Origin: Alphaproteobacteria bacterium
Lineage (GTDB): Bacteria; Pseudomonadota; Alphaproteobacteria; Bin95
DNA: 64,000 bases
Assembly (NCBI GenBank): GCA_965205265.1
Contig: CBDBGH010000003.1
Span: 32,001 to 96,000 of the forward strand
Direction: 5' to 3'
Numbering within the stretch: position 1 is the first letter of the stretch; each line of letters opens with the position of its first letter. The notes beneath the pieces are model-generated. The model was not told the origin of the DNA and did not search any database. It worked only from the letters and a program-made list of their open reading frames with translations. This document shows positions 10,220-19,248 of this stretch, one piece after another. The position numbers were made by a program, and so were the translations under genes.

Positions 10220-10318
10220 GGCGGCGCGGTATAGCAACGGTCTCCGCAGGCAACAAGCAGCCGGCCCGGGCGAACGGCAGCGGGGAGACTGCCCGGCGCG
10301 TCATGATGTGTCATGTTT

Positions 10319-10552
10319 GGGGCTTATATGGATAGGTTGACAACAGGTTTGGGAGGCTTCGCACCTTCTCTCCGGCGTCCAACCCGCCCCCATATCGTCA
10401 TACCCGGACTTGTTCCGGGTATCCATGCGGCCGTCCGGCGGCAGCGGTGGAGAGAGATACCCGGAACAAGTCCGAGTATGACGGAGGGGGCGTTGAGGTA
10501 TGACGGAAGAAATGTCGTCGGTCTCCCCCGTCAACCTATCTTTGTAATCTCC
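10319..10552. mobile_element. MITE with IS1595-like ends carrying a REP doublet
   Basis: 23-bp TIRs with 18/23 identity (GGGGCTTATATGGATAGGTTGAC vs GGAGATTACAAAGATAGGTTGAC); perfect 8-bp direct repeat TCATGTTT at 10311-10318 and 10553-10560. Confidence 0.8.
10396..10483. repeat. CGTC-tagged REP-like inverted doublet, family A
   Basis: CGTCATACCCGGACTTGTTCCGGGTATC, 32-nt spacer, GATACCCGGAACAAGTCCGAGTATGACG. Confidence 0.9.
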
Positions 10553-11127
10553 TCATGTTTTGTATGCGCAAGACGCATAAGTAGCTGCCCGTTTGGGCAT
10601 GAAGGCCGTCCTTCCACGAATTCCGCCTCCTTCGCCTGGCTCAGGGCGGGCCTGTCCCGGACCGCGATCCGGGGGCCGGGGCGGGTCGTCTCTCGACCCG
10701 CCGCCGGCTCCTTCGCGCCGTGGGACCCTGCTTCGCGCATAATGCGCGCGCGCCCGCCCGCGCGCGTTTCGCGGCGGCGCGCGCGAGGCGCAGGGTGCGT
10801 TGCTCCCGGCCGCTTCCTGCGGATATGTCATGAAATGTCATGTTCCCCATGTCTTCCGTGAATCCCTGCCGTTCCGTTCCTGCATATCGGTCCTCCGTCG
10901 GTTTCGTTCCCGTCCCTTTGCCACCGCCGTTTTACCCGGCGACCCCGGGGCGGCGGGGGCCTGTTTTGCGCGCGCGCCCGCCTGCGCATGTTTCGCGGCG
11001 GCGCGCCCGCGCGCGCGAGGCGGAAGGTGCACGTCTTCCATGCGTTCCCGCCGGGGTTCCCGGCCCCGGCCGCTCTCCTGCGCAGAAAGCGAAAGGCGGC
11101 CCCGGGAGCCGCCTTCTCTCTACCGCC

Positions 11128-11156
11128 ACCCTACCACACCTTTTTCCGATGTCAAG
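11128..11156 (-). promoter_or_regulatory. Putative sigma70 promoter facing the non-coding units and lepA
   Basis: CTTGACA, 16 nt, TAGGGT on the minus strand; GC hairpin at 11093-11115 just downstream. Confidence 0.5.
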
Positions 11157-11223
11157 CCCCGGGGTGGGTAGAATATGAAATTGTTCCGATATTTCTCTGG
11201 GAACCGCGCCGGAAAACCGGGGT

Positions 11224-11718
11224 TCAGGCGTCCGCGTCGTTGTCCCGCAAGGCGACGAAGACCAGGACCAGGAAGGTCAGCAGCGCGAGGTTGAAGGCGG
11301 TGGGCTTGGCGTTCCACTCGGAGGACTGCCACATCAGGAACCACTCGTTCGCGACCACGAGGAAGAGGCCGAACCAGATGAAGGCCCCGAGGCCGAGCCC
11401 CGCCAGCGCCGGGGCCTTGGCGGCGTGGAACAGGTGCGGCTCCCGCAGCCGCGACAGCAGGCGCACGCCGCCGATCCAGCAGAGCAGCGCGGCCGCCGCC
11501 TGCAACGCGATGATCGCCACATAGGCGGCGTGATGGAGCGCCGGCGCGTGGACCGCCCGCCACATCGACGCCTCGCTGCGGAAGGTGGTGTCCATCGTCA
11601 TCACATGGGTGACGAAGCCCAGATTCGCGCCGTAGTCCGTCACATTGCCGAAGGCGACGAGCGAGAGATAGGCGGCCATGAGCAGCACAGCCCCGGCCTT
11701 GGCGGCTCTGGTGAACAT
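11224..11718 (-). CDS. DUF2165 family membrane protein
   Basis: FGNVTDYGAN..FV.HVMTMDTTF and EWFLMWQS..WN motifs. Confidence 0.88.
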   Translation of the reverse strand: MFTRAAKAGAVLLMAAYLSLVAFGNVTDYGANLGFVTHVMTMDTTFRSEASMWRAVHAPALHHAAYVAIIALQAAAALLCWIGGVRLLSRLREPHLFHAAKAPALAGLGLGAFIWFGLFLVVANEWFLMWQSSEWNAKPTAFNLALLTFLVLVFVALRDNDADA

Positions 11719-11793
11719 TATGCTTTCACCCTTCTCTCCCGGAGGGAAGCGCTCCGCCGCCCCGGGCGTAACCGGCAGGCAGCGGTGCTGCGG

Positions 11794-12129
11794 TCAGGCG
11801 GCCGGGCGCCGGCCGGCGATCGCCTCGCGCAGGCCGTCGAGAAGCCCCTCCAGCCTCGCCTGCCCGTGTTCGACCGCCCGCAGCCTCTGGTCGAGCCCGT
11901 CGATGCGCGCGCCGAGGCTCCTGTCCAGGTCGTCGATGCGCCTGTTGATCTCGTCGATGCGCGCGCCGAGGCTCTTGTTGGTCTCGTCGATGCGTGCGTT
12001 GAGGGATTTGTCGAGCCCGTCGATGCGCGCGCCGAGGCGGTCCTCGAGCCGGGACATGGCGCGCAGCAGCAGAGCCGTCACGGCGATGAGGATGGCGGGC
12101 GTGATCCACACGGCGAACTCTGTCGGCAT
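11794..12129 (-). CDS. Small membrane-anchored coiled-coil protein with 11/7-residue RID repeats
   Basis: MPTEFAVWITPAILIAVTALLL (TM) then RIDGLDKSLNA-RIDETNKSLGA-RIDEINR-RIDDLDRSLGA-RIDGLDQ; AAGGGA upstream. Confidence 0.75.
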   Translation of the reverse strand: MPTEFAVWITPAILIAVTALLLRAMSRLEDRLGARIDGLDKSLNARIDETNKSLGARIDEINRRIDDLDRSLGARIDGLDQRLRAVEHGQARLEGLLDGLREAIAGRRPAA

Positions 12130-12194
12130 CGGCGATTCCCTTCCGGGCCAGTATGCGCCGGCAAGGTCCCGCCCGGCAAGCGGGCGCGGGGCGG

Positions 12195-13667
12195 CTATCC
12201 GTCTCCACCGCCATCCGGCGCTGCGAGCAGGCGGCGGAGGATCTTGCCGACGGGCGATTTCGGGATTTCGTCGATGAACAGATAGCGGCGCGGGCGCTTG
12301 AAGTCTGCGAGCGCGCTGGCGCGGCAGTGCGCGTCGAGCGCCTCGGCCGTCGCCTCGCCGGAGGCCACGACGAAGGCGGCGACGACTTGGCCCCAGCGCT
12401 CGTCCGGAAGGCCGACGACGGCGACTTCCGCCACGGCCGGGTGCAGGGAGAGCACGCTTTCGATCTCCACCGGCGAGACATTCTCGCCGCCGGTGACGAT
12501 CATGTCGTCCACGCGGCCGGTGACGAACAGGTCGCCGTCCTCGTCCAGCCAGCCGGTGTCGCCTGTGTAGTACCAGCCGTCCCGCAGCGCGCGGGCGTCG
12601 GCGTCCGGGCGGCGCCAGTAGCCTTCGAAGGCCTCGTCGCTGGCGAGCGTTGCGGCGATCTCCCCCTCCTCTCCCGGCACGGCATCGCGCGTCCCGTCGA
12701 GGCTCAGCACGCGGATGCGCTGGTTGAGGCCCGCTTTGCCGGCGGAGCCCGGCTTGGCCGGCGCGTCCGGGCAGACGGTGAAGGTGTAGATCTCCGAGGA
12801 GCCGTAATGGTTGACGAACAGCTCCGGCCGGAAGGCGGCGTTCAGCCGTTGCAGGAGGCCGTCGGTCATCGACGCGCCGGCAAAGCCGAGCTTGCGGACC
12901 GAGCGCACCCGCCCGCGCGAGAAAGCCGGATGCGCCAGAAGGTCGTGATAAAGCGTCGGCGCGAGGTAGAGCGCGGTCACGCCCTCGGCCTCGATCAGGT
13001 CGAGCGCGATGCCGGGATCGAAGCGCGGCTGGCAGACGAACACGCCGTCCACCAGCGCTGACGCCAGCAGCGAGCGCACGCCCATGGTGTGGTAGAGCGG
13101 CATGACGCCGAGCGCGACCTCGCCCGGCGCATAGCGGTTCTGCGCGATATGGGCGATGGCGGCGGCCCGCTCCGCGCGGTGGCGGCGCGGCACGCCCTTC
13201 GGCCGGCCGGTCGTGCCGGAGGTGTAGAGCATGACCGACCAGTCCTCCGCCGAGGCGGCCGGGACGGCAGGCGGGCCCTGTAGCAGGGCCTCCAGCGCCG
13301 GGCCCGCCCCGATGCGGCGGATGGCCTGCGCGCGGGGCGAGGCGGCGACGGCCGCGGCGGCTTCCGGGCCGAAGACCACCGTGTCGGCCTCGGCGTCGGC
13401 GAGGCAGTAGTCGATCTCCCCGGCCTTGAGCCGCCAGTTGAGCGGCACGATGAGCTTGCCCGAAAGCTGGCAGGCCCAGTGGAGGGTCGCCGCGTCGAGC
13501 GTGTTCCGGAGCACGGTCGCGATCCGCTCGCCTTCCAGCCCGCCCGCGAGCCGGAGCGCCCGGTCGAGCCACGCGGCATAGGTCAGGCGCTCCTCGCCCG
13601 CCACGACGGCGAGCCGGTCCGGGGCGCGTTCGGCGGCTTGCAGGAGGGCCGTGCCGACATCAAGCAT
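12195..13667 (-). CDS. hmfD: AMP-dependent CoA ligase, probable 2-furoate-CoA ligase
   Basis: YTSGTTGRPKG; RAERAAAIAHIAQN.Y and MPLYHTMGVRSLL segments recalled from HmfD; operon context. Confidence 0.8.
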   Translation of the reverse strand: MLDVGTALLQAAERAPDRLAVVAGEERLTYAAWLDRALRLAGGLEGERIATVLRNTLDAATLHWACQLSGKLIVPLNWRLKAGEIDYCLADAEADTVVFGPEAAAAVAASPRAQAIRRIGAGPALEALLQGPPAVPAASAEDWSVMLYTSGTTGRPKGVPRRHRAERAAAIAHIAQNRYAPGEVALGVMPLYHTMGVRSLLASALVDGVFVCQPRFDPGIALDLIEAEGVTALYLAPTLYHDLLAHPAFSRGRVRSVRKLGFAGASMTDGLLQRLNAAFRPELFVNHYGSSEIYTFTVCPDAPAKPGSAGKAGLNQRIRVLSLDGTRDAVPGEEGEIAATLASDEAFEGYWRRPDADARALRDGWYYTGDTGWLDEDGDLFVTGRVDDMIVTGGENVSPVEIESVLSLHPAVAEVAVVGLPDERWGQVVAAFVVASGEATAEALDAHCRASALADFKRPRRYLFIDEIPKSPVGKILRRLLAAPDGGGDG

Positions 13668-14100
13668 CGGCGGCGTCCAGTGCGGCGGCGACGATGGGGG
13701 TGTAGCCGGTGCAGCGGCACAAATGGCCGCTCAGCACTTCCCGCACCTCGCGCTCCGTCGGATTGGGCCTCTCGCGGAGGAAGGCGCTCAGGCTCATCAG
13801 GATACCGGCCGTGCAGAAGCCGCATTGCAGGGCGAAATGGCGGCGGAAGGCGGCGTGCAGCACCCCTTCCTCCAGCCCCTCCACGGTCACGACCTCCGCG
13901 CCCTCGCACTGGACGGCGAACGCGAGGCAGGAGCGCGCCGGCCGGCCGTCGATCAGCACGGTGCAGGCCCCGCAGACGCCGTGCTCGCAGCCGACATGCG
14001 TGCCCGTCAGACCGAGCGTGTGGCGCAGGAAGTCGGAGAGCAGCAGGCGCGGCTCCGCCGCCGCCTCCACCGCCTCGCCGTTCACGGTCATGCGCGGCAT
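13660..14100 (-). CDS. hmfC: 2Fe-2S subunit, probable 2-furoyl-CoA dehydrogenase small subunit
   Basis: GCEHGVCGAC, QCGFC and LCRCTGY motifs. Confidence 0.8.
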   Translation of the reverse strand: MPRMTVNGEAVEAAAEPRLLLSDFLRHTLGLTGTHVGCEHGVCGACTVLIDGRPARSCLAFAVQCEGAEVVTVEGLEEGVLHAAFRRHFALQCGFCTAGILMSLSAFLRERPNPTEREVREVLSGHLCRCTGYTPIVAAALDAADA

Positions 14101-14843
14101 GCGAGCGCCTCCTCCGCCGTCGCCCGGCCGACGCGGGCCACCAGCCGGCGGCGGTAGGCGGCATTGGCGTGGAAGTCGTCGCGGGCGTCGATCATGTCCG
14201 CGTCGATGGCGAGGCCGTCCAGCACGACCGGCGTGTCCGCGACGCCGCCGACCGCGAGCCGGACGCCGTCGCTGTCGGCCACGGCTGCGAAGGCCGCAAG
14301 CGCGAAATCGCCGTGCCGGAGCGCCACCTCGCGGAAGGCGTAGCCGGCGCGCGGGTCGGGCGGAGGCACCTCCACCGCCACGATCAGTTCGTCCTCCTCG
14401 CGCGCGGTCATCAGCGGCCCCTCGAAGAAAGCCGCCGCCTCGACCGTGCGCTCGCCGCCCGCCGAGGCGAGATGAACCCGCCCGCCGAGCGCCACCAGGC
14501 AGAGCGGCAGTTCCGCCGCCGGGTCGGCGTGCGCGACCGAGCCGCAGAAAGTGCCGCGCGAGCGCGTCTGGTAGTGGCCGACATGCGGCAGGGCGCGGTC
14601 GATCAGCGGGTGCAGGCCGGCGAGCTCCGCCTGGCGGACGGCCGCGCCCACCCGGAGCCCGCGCCCGCGAAGCTCGGGAAGGTGCGCGATGTCCACCAGC
14701 AGGTCCGGCCGCGCGAGGCGCATGTTCAGCATGGCGACCAGCGACTGGCCGCCTGCAAGCGCCATCGCGCCGTCCGAGGCCAGCGCCTCCAGCGCCTCGC
14801 CGAGGCTTGCGGGGCGCAGATAGTCGAAGGGCGCGGGCTTCAC
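14088..14843 (-). CDS. hmfB: FAD-binding subunit (CoxM-like), probable 2-furoyl-CoA dehydrogenase
   Basis: MKPAPFDY, AGGQSL and GHYQTRSRGTFCGSVAHADP motifs. Confidence 0.8.
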   Translation of the reverse strand: MKPAPFDYLRPASLGEALEALASDGAMALAGGQSLVAMLNMRLARPDLLVDIAHLPELRGRGLRVGAAVRQAELAGLHPLIDRALPHVGHYQTRSRGTFCGSVAHADPAAELPLCLVALGGRVHLASAGGERTVEAAAFFEGPLMTAREEDELIVAVEVPPPDPRAGYAFREVALRHGDFALAAFAAVADSDGVRLAVGGVADTPVVLDGLAIDADMIDARDDFHANAAYRRRLVARVGRATAEEALACRA

Positions 14844-17173
14844 GGGATGAGCGCCGCGACCCGCGCCGGCGTCAGCGGCAGTTCCAGGTCTTCGACGCCA
14901 AGCGCGTCCGCCACCGCATTGGCGATGCAGGCCGGCGCGCTCATGGTGTTGCCTTCGCCGATGCCCTTGGCGCCGAGGGGGGTGAAGGGCGAGGGGCTTT
15001 CGAGATGCAGGATCTCCGGGTCCGGCATTTCGCAGGCGGTCGGCGGCGGGTAGTCGGCGAAGGTGCCGGCGAGCGGCTGGCCCGCCTCGTCATAGACGAA
15101 GGCTTCGAAGAGCGCCGCGCCGACGGCATTGGAGAGGCTGCCGCGCACCTGCCCGTCCGCCATCGGGCGGTGGAGCAGGCGCCCGGCATCGTGCGCGGTC
15201 ACGTAGCGGTCTATGCGGACCCGCCCGGTATCGCGGTCCACCTCCACGCCGCAGGCGTCGAAGATGAAGCCGTAGGCGGCGGAGCCGTTGATGCGGTCCT
15301 CCGCGTCGGGCGGCCCCAGCTCCGGCGGGGTCCAGAACTCGGTTGCCCTGAGCGCCGGCTCCACCCCCTGCGGCAGGGTGCCGGGCGACCAGTGGGCGAG
15401 GCCGGCAAGGCGCGCGAACGGCACCTCCCTGCCGGGTCCGGCCCCGACCGTGCCGCCCTCGAAGCGGATGTCCTCCGGCGGCAGGTCGAGCCTGGCGGCG
15501 GCGAGCCGGGCGAGCCGCTGGCGCAGGGTCGAGGCCGCCCGCCACGCCGTGCCGGCGACGGCGGGCGCGAAACGGCAGGAATAGTTGCCGGCGGCGATCG
15601 ACCAGGCGTCCCGGGCGCTGTCGAACTCCGCCACGACCCGGATGTCGGCGGGCGCAAGGCCGAACGCGCCGGCCACAACCTCCGCCAGCACGGTACGGTG
15701 GCCCTGGCCCTGGGGGATGGAATCGGCGGTGACGGTGACGCCGCCATGCGGATCGATGGCGACGGTGGCGGCGGCGAGCGCGCCGTTCTTGAGCCCGCCT
15801 GCGAGGCGGTCGTCATGCTCCAGCACCGTGGTGATGTAGCCCATATTGGAGACGGTCGGCTCCACCGCGGCCGCCAGCCCGACGCCGTATAGCCGCCCCT
15901 CGGCGCGGGCCGCTCTGCGCCGCGCCCGGAGTTCGTCGATGGCCGGGCGGGCGAGGTCCACGACCGCGTCGAAATCGCCGGAATCGTAGAGCGCGCCCGA
16001 AGCCGTGCGGTGGGGCGTCTCGCGCACGAGGTTGCGTTGCAGCACCTCCAGCCGGTCGAGGCCGAGGCGGTCCGCGATGCGGTGCATCAGCCGCTCCAGC
16101 GCGAAATAGACCTGCGGGCCGCCGAAGCCGCGATTGAGGCCGCTCGGCGTCTTGTTGGTGACGGCGATGCTGTTCTCGACTTCGAGGTTGGGGATGTCGT
16201 AGGCCCCGGTCATCGCGCCGTGCATCCGGTAGAGCGTCGCCGGCTCGGGCGCCTTGATATAGGCCCCGCAGTCCTCCAGCTGCGTGTAGCGGAGCGCCGT
16301 CACCCGGCCGTCGGCCATGACGGCGGCCTCCAGGCGCGTTTCGCGGTTGGTGGCGGAGCCGGCGGCGGTCAGGTGCTCCAGCCGGTCCTCGATCCATTTC
16401 ACCGGCCGGCCGGCAAGCCGGGCGACGGCCGCCATCAGCACGATATAGGGTGCGAGGCCCTGCTTGATGCCGAAGCTGCCGCCGGAATCGGGCGGGGTGC
16501 GCAGGCGCAGCCGGTTGGCCGGCACGCCGAGCGCCGCCGCCATCACCGGATGCAGCGCGAACGGCCCCTGGAAGGGCGCCGTCACCTCGAAGGCGCCGGC
16601 GTCGGGGTCCCAGGTGGCGATCAGGCCGAAACACTCGATGGGCGTCACCGCGCTGCGCGGATAGCTGACCTCGATGGCGAAGCGGCGGTCGGCGGCGGCG
16701 AAGGCGCCTTCCGGGTCGCCGTAGGAAAACCGCCGCCGGTTCGCGAGATTGGTGCCGGCGGCCTCGTGCAGCAGCGGCGCGCCTTCCGCAATGGCCGCCC
16801 AGGGCGAGACAACGGCCGGCAGGGGTTCGTATTCGACCTCCACCAGCTCCAGCGCGTCTTCGGCCCGGTAGCGATCCTCCGCCAGCACGACTGCGACCGG
16901 CTCGCCGACATAGCGCACCTTCCCGGTCGCGACCGGGAAGTGGCGCATGGGCGTGCGAAGCGCTGCGATGAAGGGCCTGAGGCCGGCGGCGATGTCCGGT
17001 CCCGTGAACAGGCGCACGCCCTCCGGCGCGGTTATGGGGCCCAAGCGGGCATGGGCGTGGGGCGAGCGCAGGATCGCGGCATGGAGCGTGCGCGGCGGCT
17101 GGGGCAGGTCGTCGATAAACCGCCCCCTGCCGCTGAGCAGCGCCCGATCCTCCACCCGTTCGCCGCCCGTCAC
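14840..17173 (-). CDS. hmfA: Molybdopterin large subunit, probable 2-furoyl-CoA dehydrogenase
   Basis: Xanthine dehydrogenase family motifs GGSFGIK, NRGFGGPQ and GAKGIGEG; heads the four-gene operon. Confidence 0.8.
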   Translation of the reverse strand: MTGGERVEDRALLSGRGRFIDDLPQPPRTLHAAILRSPHAHARLGPITAPEGVRLFTGPDIAAGLRPFIAALRTPMRHFPVATGKVRYVGEPVAVVLAEDRYRAEDALELVEVEYEPLPAVVSPWAAIAEGAPLLHEAAGTNLANRRRFSYGDPEGAFAAADRRFAIEVSYPRSAVTPIECFGLIATWDPDAGAFEVTAPFQGPFALHPVMAAALGVPANRLRLRTPPDSGGSFGIKQGLAPYIVLMAAVARLAGRPVKWIEDRLEHLTAAGSATNRETRLEAAVMADGRVTALRYTQLEDCGAYIKAPEPATLYRMHGAMTGAYDIPNLEVENSIAVTNKTPSGLNRGFGGPQVYFALERLMHRIADRLGLDRLEVLQRNLVRETPHRTASGALYDSGDFDAVVDLARPAIDELRARRRAARAEGRLYGVGLAAAVEPTVSNMGYITTVLEHDDRLAGGLKNGALAAATVAIDPHGGVTVTADSIPQGQGHRTVLAEVVAGAFGLAPADIRVVAEFDSARDAWSIAAGNYSCRFAPAVAGTAWRAASTLRQRLARLAAARLDLPPEDIRFEGGTVGAGPGREVPFARLAGLAHWSPGTLPQGVEPALRATEFWTPPELGPPDAEDRINGSAAYGFIFDACGVEVDRDTGRVRIDRYVTAHDAGRLLHRPMADGQVRGSLSNAVGAALFEAFVYDEAGQPLAGTFADYPPPTACEMPDPEILHLESPSPFTPLGAKGIGEGNTMSAPACIANAVADALGVEDLELPLTPARVAALIP

Positions 17174-17266
17174 CCTGCGTTCCGTCCCGTCATCGCCGTT
17201 CCTACTTAGCCCGGATTTCCCGGCGCTGTCATGGTCTGCGCACCGCCATCCGCTCGTCTGGATAGG

Positions 17267-17551
17267 CTACGGCTTCACACATCTGCGTCCGATAGCATTG
17301 CGTTGCATGAGCCTCCTCCGTCACCCCGGCCCCCGAGCCGGGGTCCAGCCTCGCTTCTCGCGGCGGCCTCGGCGGCTTGTCCTGCTCTCCACCGGCTGCG
17401 GCGGCATCGAGAGCCATGGGTGGACCCCGGCTCGGGGGCCGGGGTGACGAAAGGGGGGCCGGGGGGCGACCCCCGCCTTTGCGGAGGCACTCGCAACAAG
17501 GCTGGCAGGCGCACCGGATACAAGACGGCAAGAGATGTGTGCATGCGGTAG
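17267..17551. mobile_element. MITE with ends matching the IS4-family element at 45581-47019, carrying a REP doublet
   Basis: Left end CTACGGCTTCACACATCT; right end AGATGTGTGCATGCGGTAG (reverse complement matches the IS left end 18/19); no target duplication seen. Confidence 0.75.
17319..17449. repeat. CGTC-tagged REP-like inverted doublet, family B
   Basis: CGTCACCCCGGCCCCCGAGCCGGGGTCCA...TGGACCCCGGCTCGGGGGCCGGGGTGACG. Confidence 0.9.
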
Positions 17552-17556
17552 CCCGC

Positions 17557-19188
17557 CTATGCGGCGCCTCCGTCCTTCTCCCGGAGCATGCGCTCGGCGA
17601 GGCGGCGGGCGTCTTCGCGGGTCTCGACGATGCGGTGTTCGGGCACGCTGTGCAGGCAGTGGAGCGAGTTCAGGGTCCGCGCGGCGGCGCCGTGGAGGCC
17701 TGCCACGATGCAGGAGGTTCCCGCCGCTTCGGCGAGGTCCACCAGCTGTTCGATGACCATGGCGGCGCTGTCGTCGATATAGGCGGCGCCGGAGAAATCG
17801 AAGATGACGATCTCATGGTCGCGGATTTCCGGCCCGATGGCGTCGGCAAGCTTGTGGGACGAGGCGACGGTGAGGCTGCCCCGGAGCGCCACCAGGCCTG
17901 CCCGGGCGGTAAAGGCGCTCTCCTCTTCCTCTCCATGCGGGCCGAGAAGCGTCCGGTCGAGCAGCGGCGTTGAGATCACGCTGTCGAGTTCGAGGCGCTC
18001 CAATTGCCGCGCATGGACCATGCCGCCTGCGATGAGTCCGATGGCCACCGCCGTGATGAGATCGACGAAGACCGTGAGCGCCAGCACCGACAGCATGACG
18101 ATCAGGTGCTCGCGCCTGAGCGCGTGTATGCGGGCGAGGAGGCGCCAGTCCACAATGTCCCAGCCGACCTTCATCAGCACGCCGGCAAGGGCGGCCAGCG
18201 GAATCGGCTCGGCGAACCGGCCGAGGCCGAGCAGCAGCGCCAGCAGGAAAACCGCGCGCAATGCGCCGGATACCGGCGTCGAGCCGCCGGAGCGGATATT
18301 GGTCACCGTCCCCATTGTGGCCCCGGCGCCGGGGAGCGCCCCGAAGAGCCCGGCCACGGCATTGCCGATGCCCTGGCCGATCAGTTCCCGGTCCGGGTTG
18401 TGGCGCGAGCCGGTCATCGAGTCGGCGATGATGGAGGTGAGCAGGCTGTCCACGGAGCCGAGCAGGGCAAGAATCAGCGCCGGCTCCACCGCGCCGAGCA
18501 GGAAGTCCGCGGACATAAGCGGCAATTGCAGCTCCGGCAGGCCGGTCGGAATCGGGCCGATGACAGGTGTGCCGTCCAGCCAGAGCAAGCCCAGCAGCGT
18601 GCCCGCGACCATCGCCGCGAGGAGCCCGGGCAGGAAGCGCGCCAGCCGGCGCGGCCAGAGGAAGGCGACCGCCAGCGTGACGGCGGCGATGGCGAAGGCG
18701 CCCGCATCGATATTGCGGACCGCGTCCGGGAGCGCCGAGACCGCGCCCATCGGGCCGCCCGGGGCGATAGGCGCGCCTAGCGCCGGCAGCAGTTGGATCA
18801 GCACGATGATGATGCCGATGCCCGACATGAAGCCCGATACCACCACATAGGGCGTGTAGGCGACGAAACGGCCGATCCGCGAGAGCCCGAGCAGGATCTG
18901 CAGCAGGCCCGCCATGACGACGACGGTGAGCGCCTCGGCAAGGCTGGTCGTGTGGCTGGTGATGACGACCGCCATGACGACCGTCATCGGCGCGGTGGGC
19001 CCGGATATCTGGGACCGGGTGCCGCCGAACACGGAGGCGAAGAAGCCGACGGCGATGGCCCCGTGCAGGCCGGCGGCGGCGCCCATGCCGGACGCGATGC
19101 CGAAGCCGAGCGCCACGGGCAGCGCCACCACGGTCGAGGTGATGCCGCCGAACAGGTCCCCCCGGAACGTATCGAGGCCGTATTTCAC
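17557..19188 (-). CDS. SulP family anion transporter with STAS domain
   Basis: GDLFGG...VALPVALGFG, QISGPTAPM, SLLTSIIAD and C-terminal DFSGAAYIDDSA motifs. Confidence 0.95.
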   Translation of the reverse strand: MKYGLDTFRGDLFGGITSTVVALPVALGFGIASGMGAAAGLHGAIAVGFFASVFGGTRSQISGPTAPMTVVMAVVITSHTTSLAEALTVVVMAGLLQILLGLSRIGRFVAYTPYVVVSGFMSGIGIIIVLIQLLPALGAPIAPGGPMGAVSALPDAVRNIDAGAFAIAAVTLAVAFLWPRRLARFLPGLLAAMVAGTLLGLLWLDGTPVIGPIPTGLPELQLPLMSADFLLGAVEPALILALLGSVDSLLTSIIADSMTGSRHNPDRELIGQGIGNAVAGLFGALPGAGATMGTVTNIRSGGSTPVSGALRAVFLLALLLGLGRFAEPIPLAALAGVLMKVGWDIVDWRLLARIHALRREHLIVMLSVLALTVFVDLITAVAIGLIAGGMVHARQLERLELDSVISTPLLDRTLLGPHGEEEESAFTARAGLVALRGSLTVASSHKLADAIGPEIRDHEIVIFDFSGAAYIDDSAAMVIEQLVDLAEAAGTSCIVAGLHGAAARTLNSLHCLHSVPEHRIVETREDARRLAERMLREKDGGAA

Positions 19189-19248
19189 GGGGGAAGGTTA
19201 CCTGCTGCCGCGCCGCCTGCAATCCGCTAATGTCTCTGGCGAAACCCA

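Larger units (their letters stand above)
10300..11040. repeat. Two degenerate tandem non-coding units
   Basis: GTCATGAnnTGTCATGTT at ~10300 and ~10827; GCGCGCGCGCCCGCC.GCGC..GTTTCGCGGCGGCGCGC...GCGAGGCG block at ~10744-10800 and ~10968-11030. Confidence 0.7.

Noticed and set aside
10301-11178. Numerous short ORFs between lepA and the DUF2165 gene
   Set aside because: Arg/Pro/Ala-rich translations of repeats with no recognisable domain or convincing RBS.
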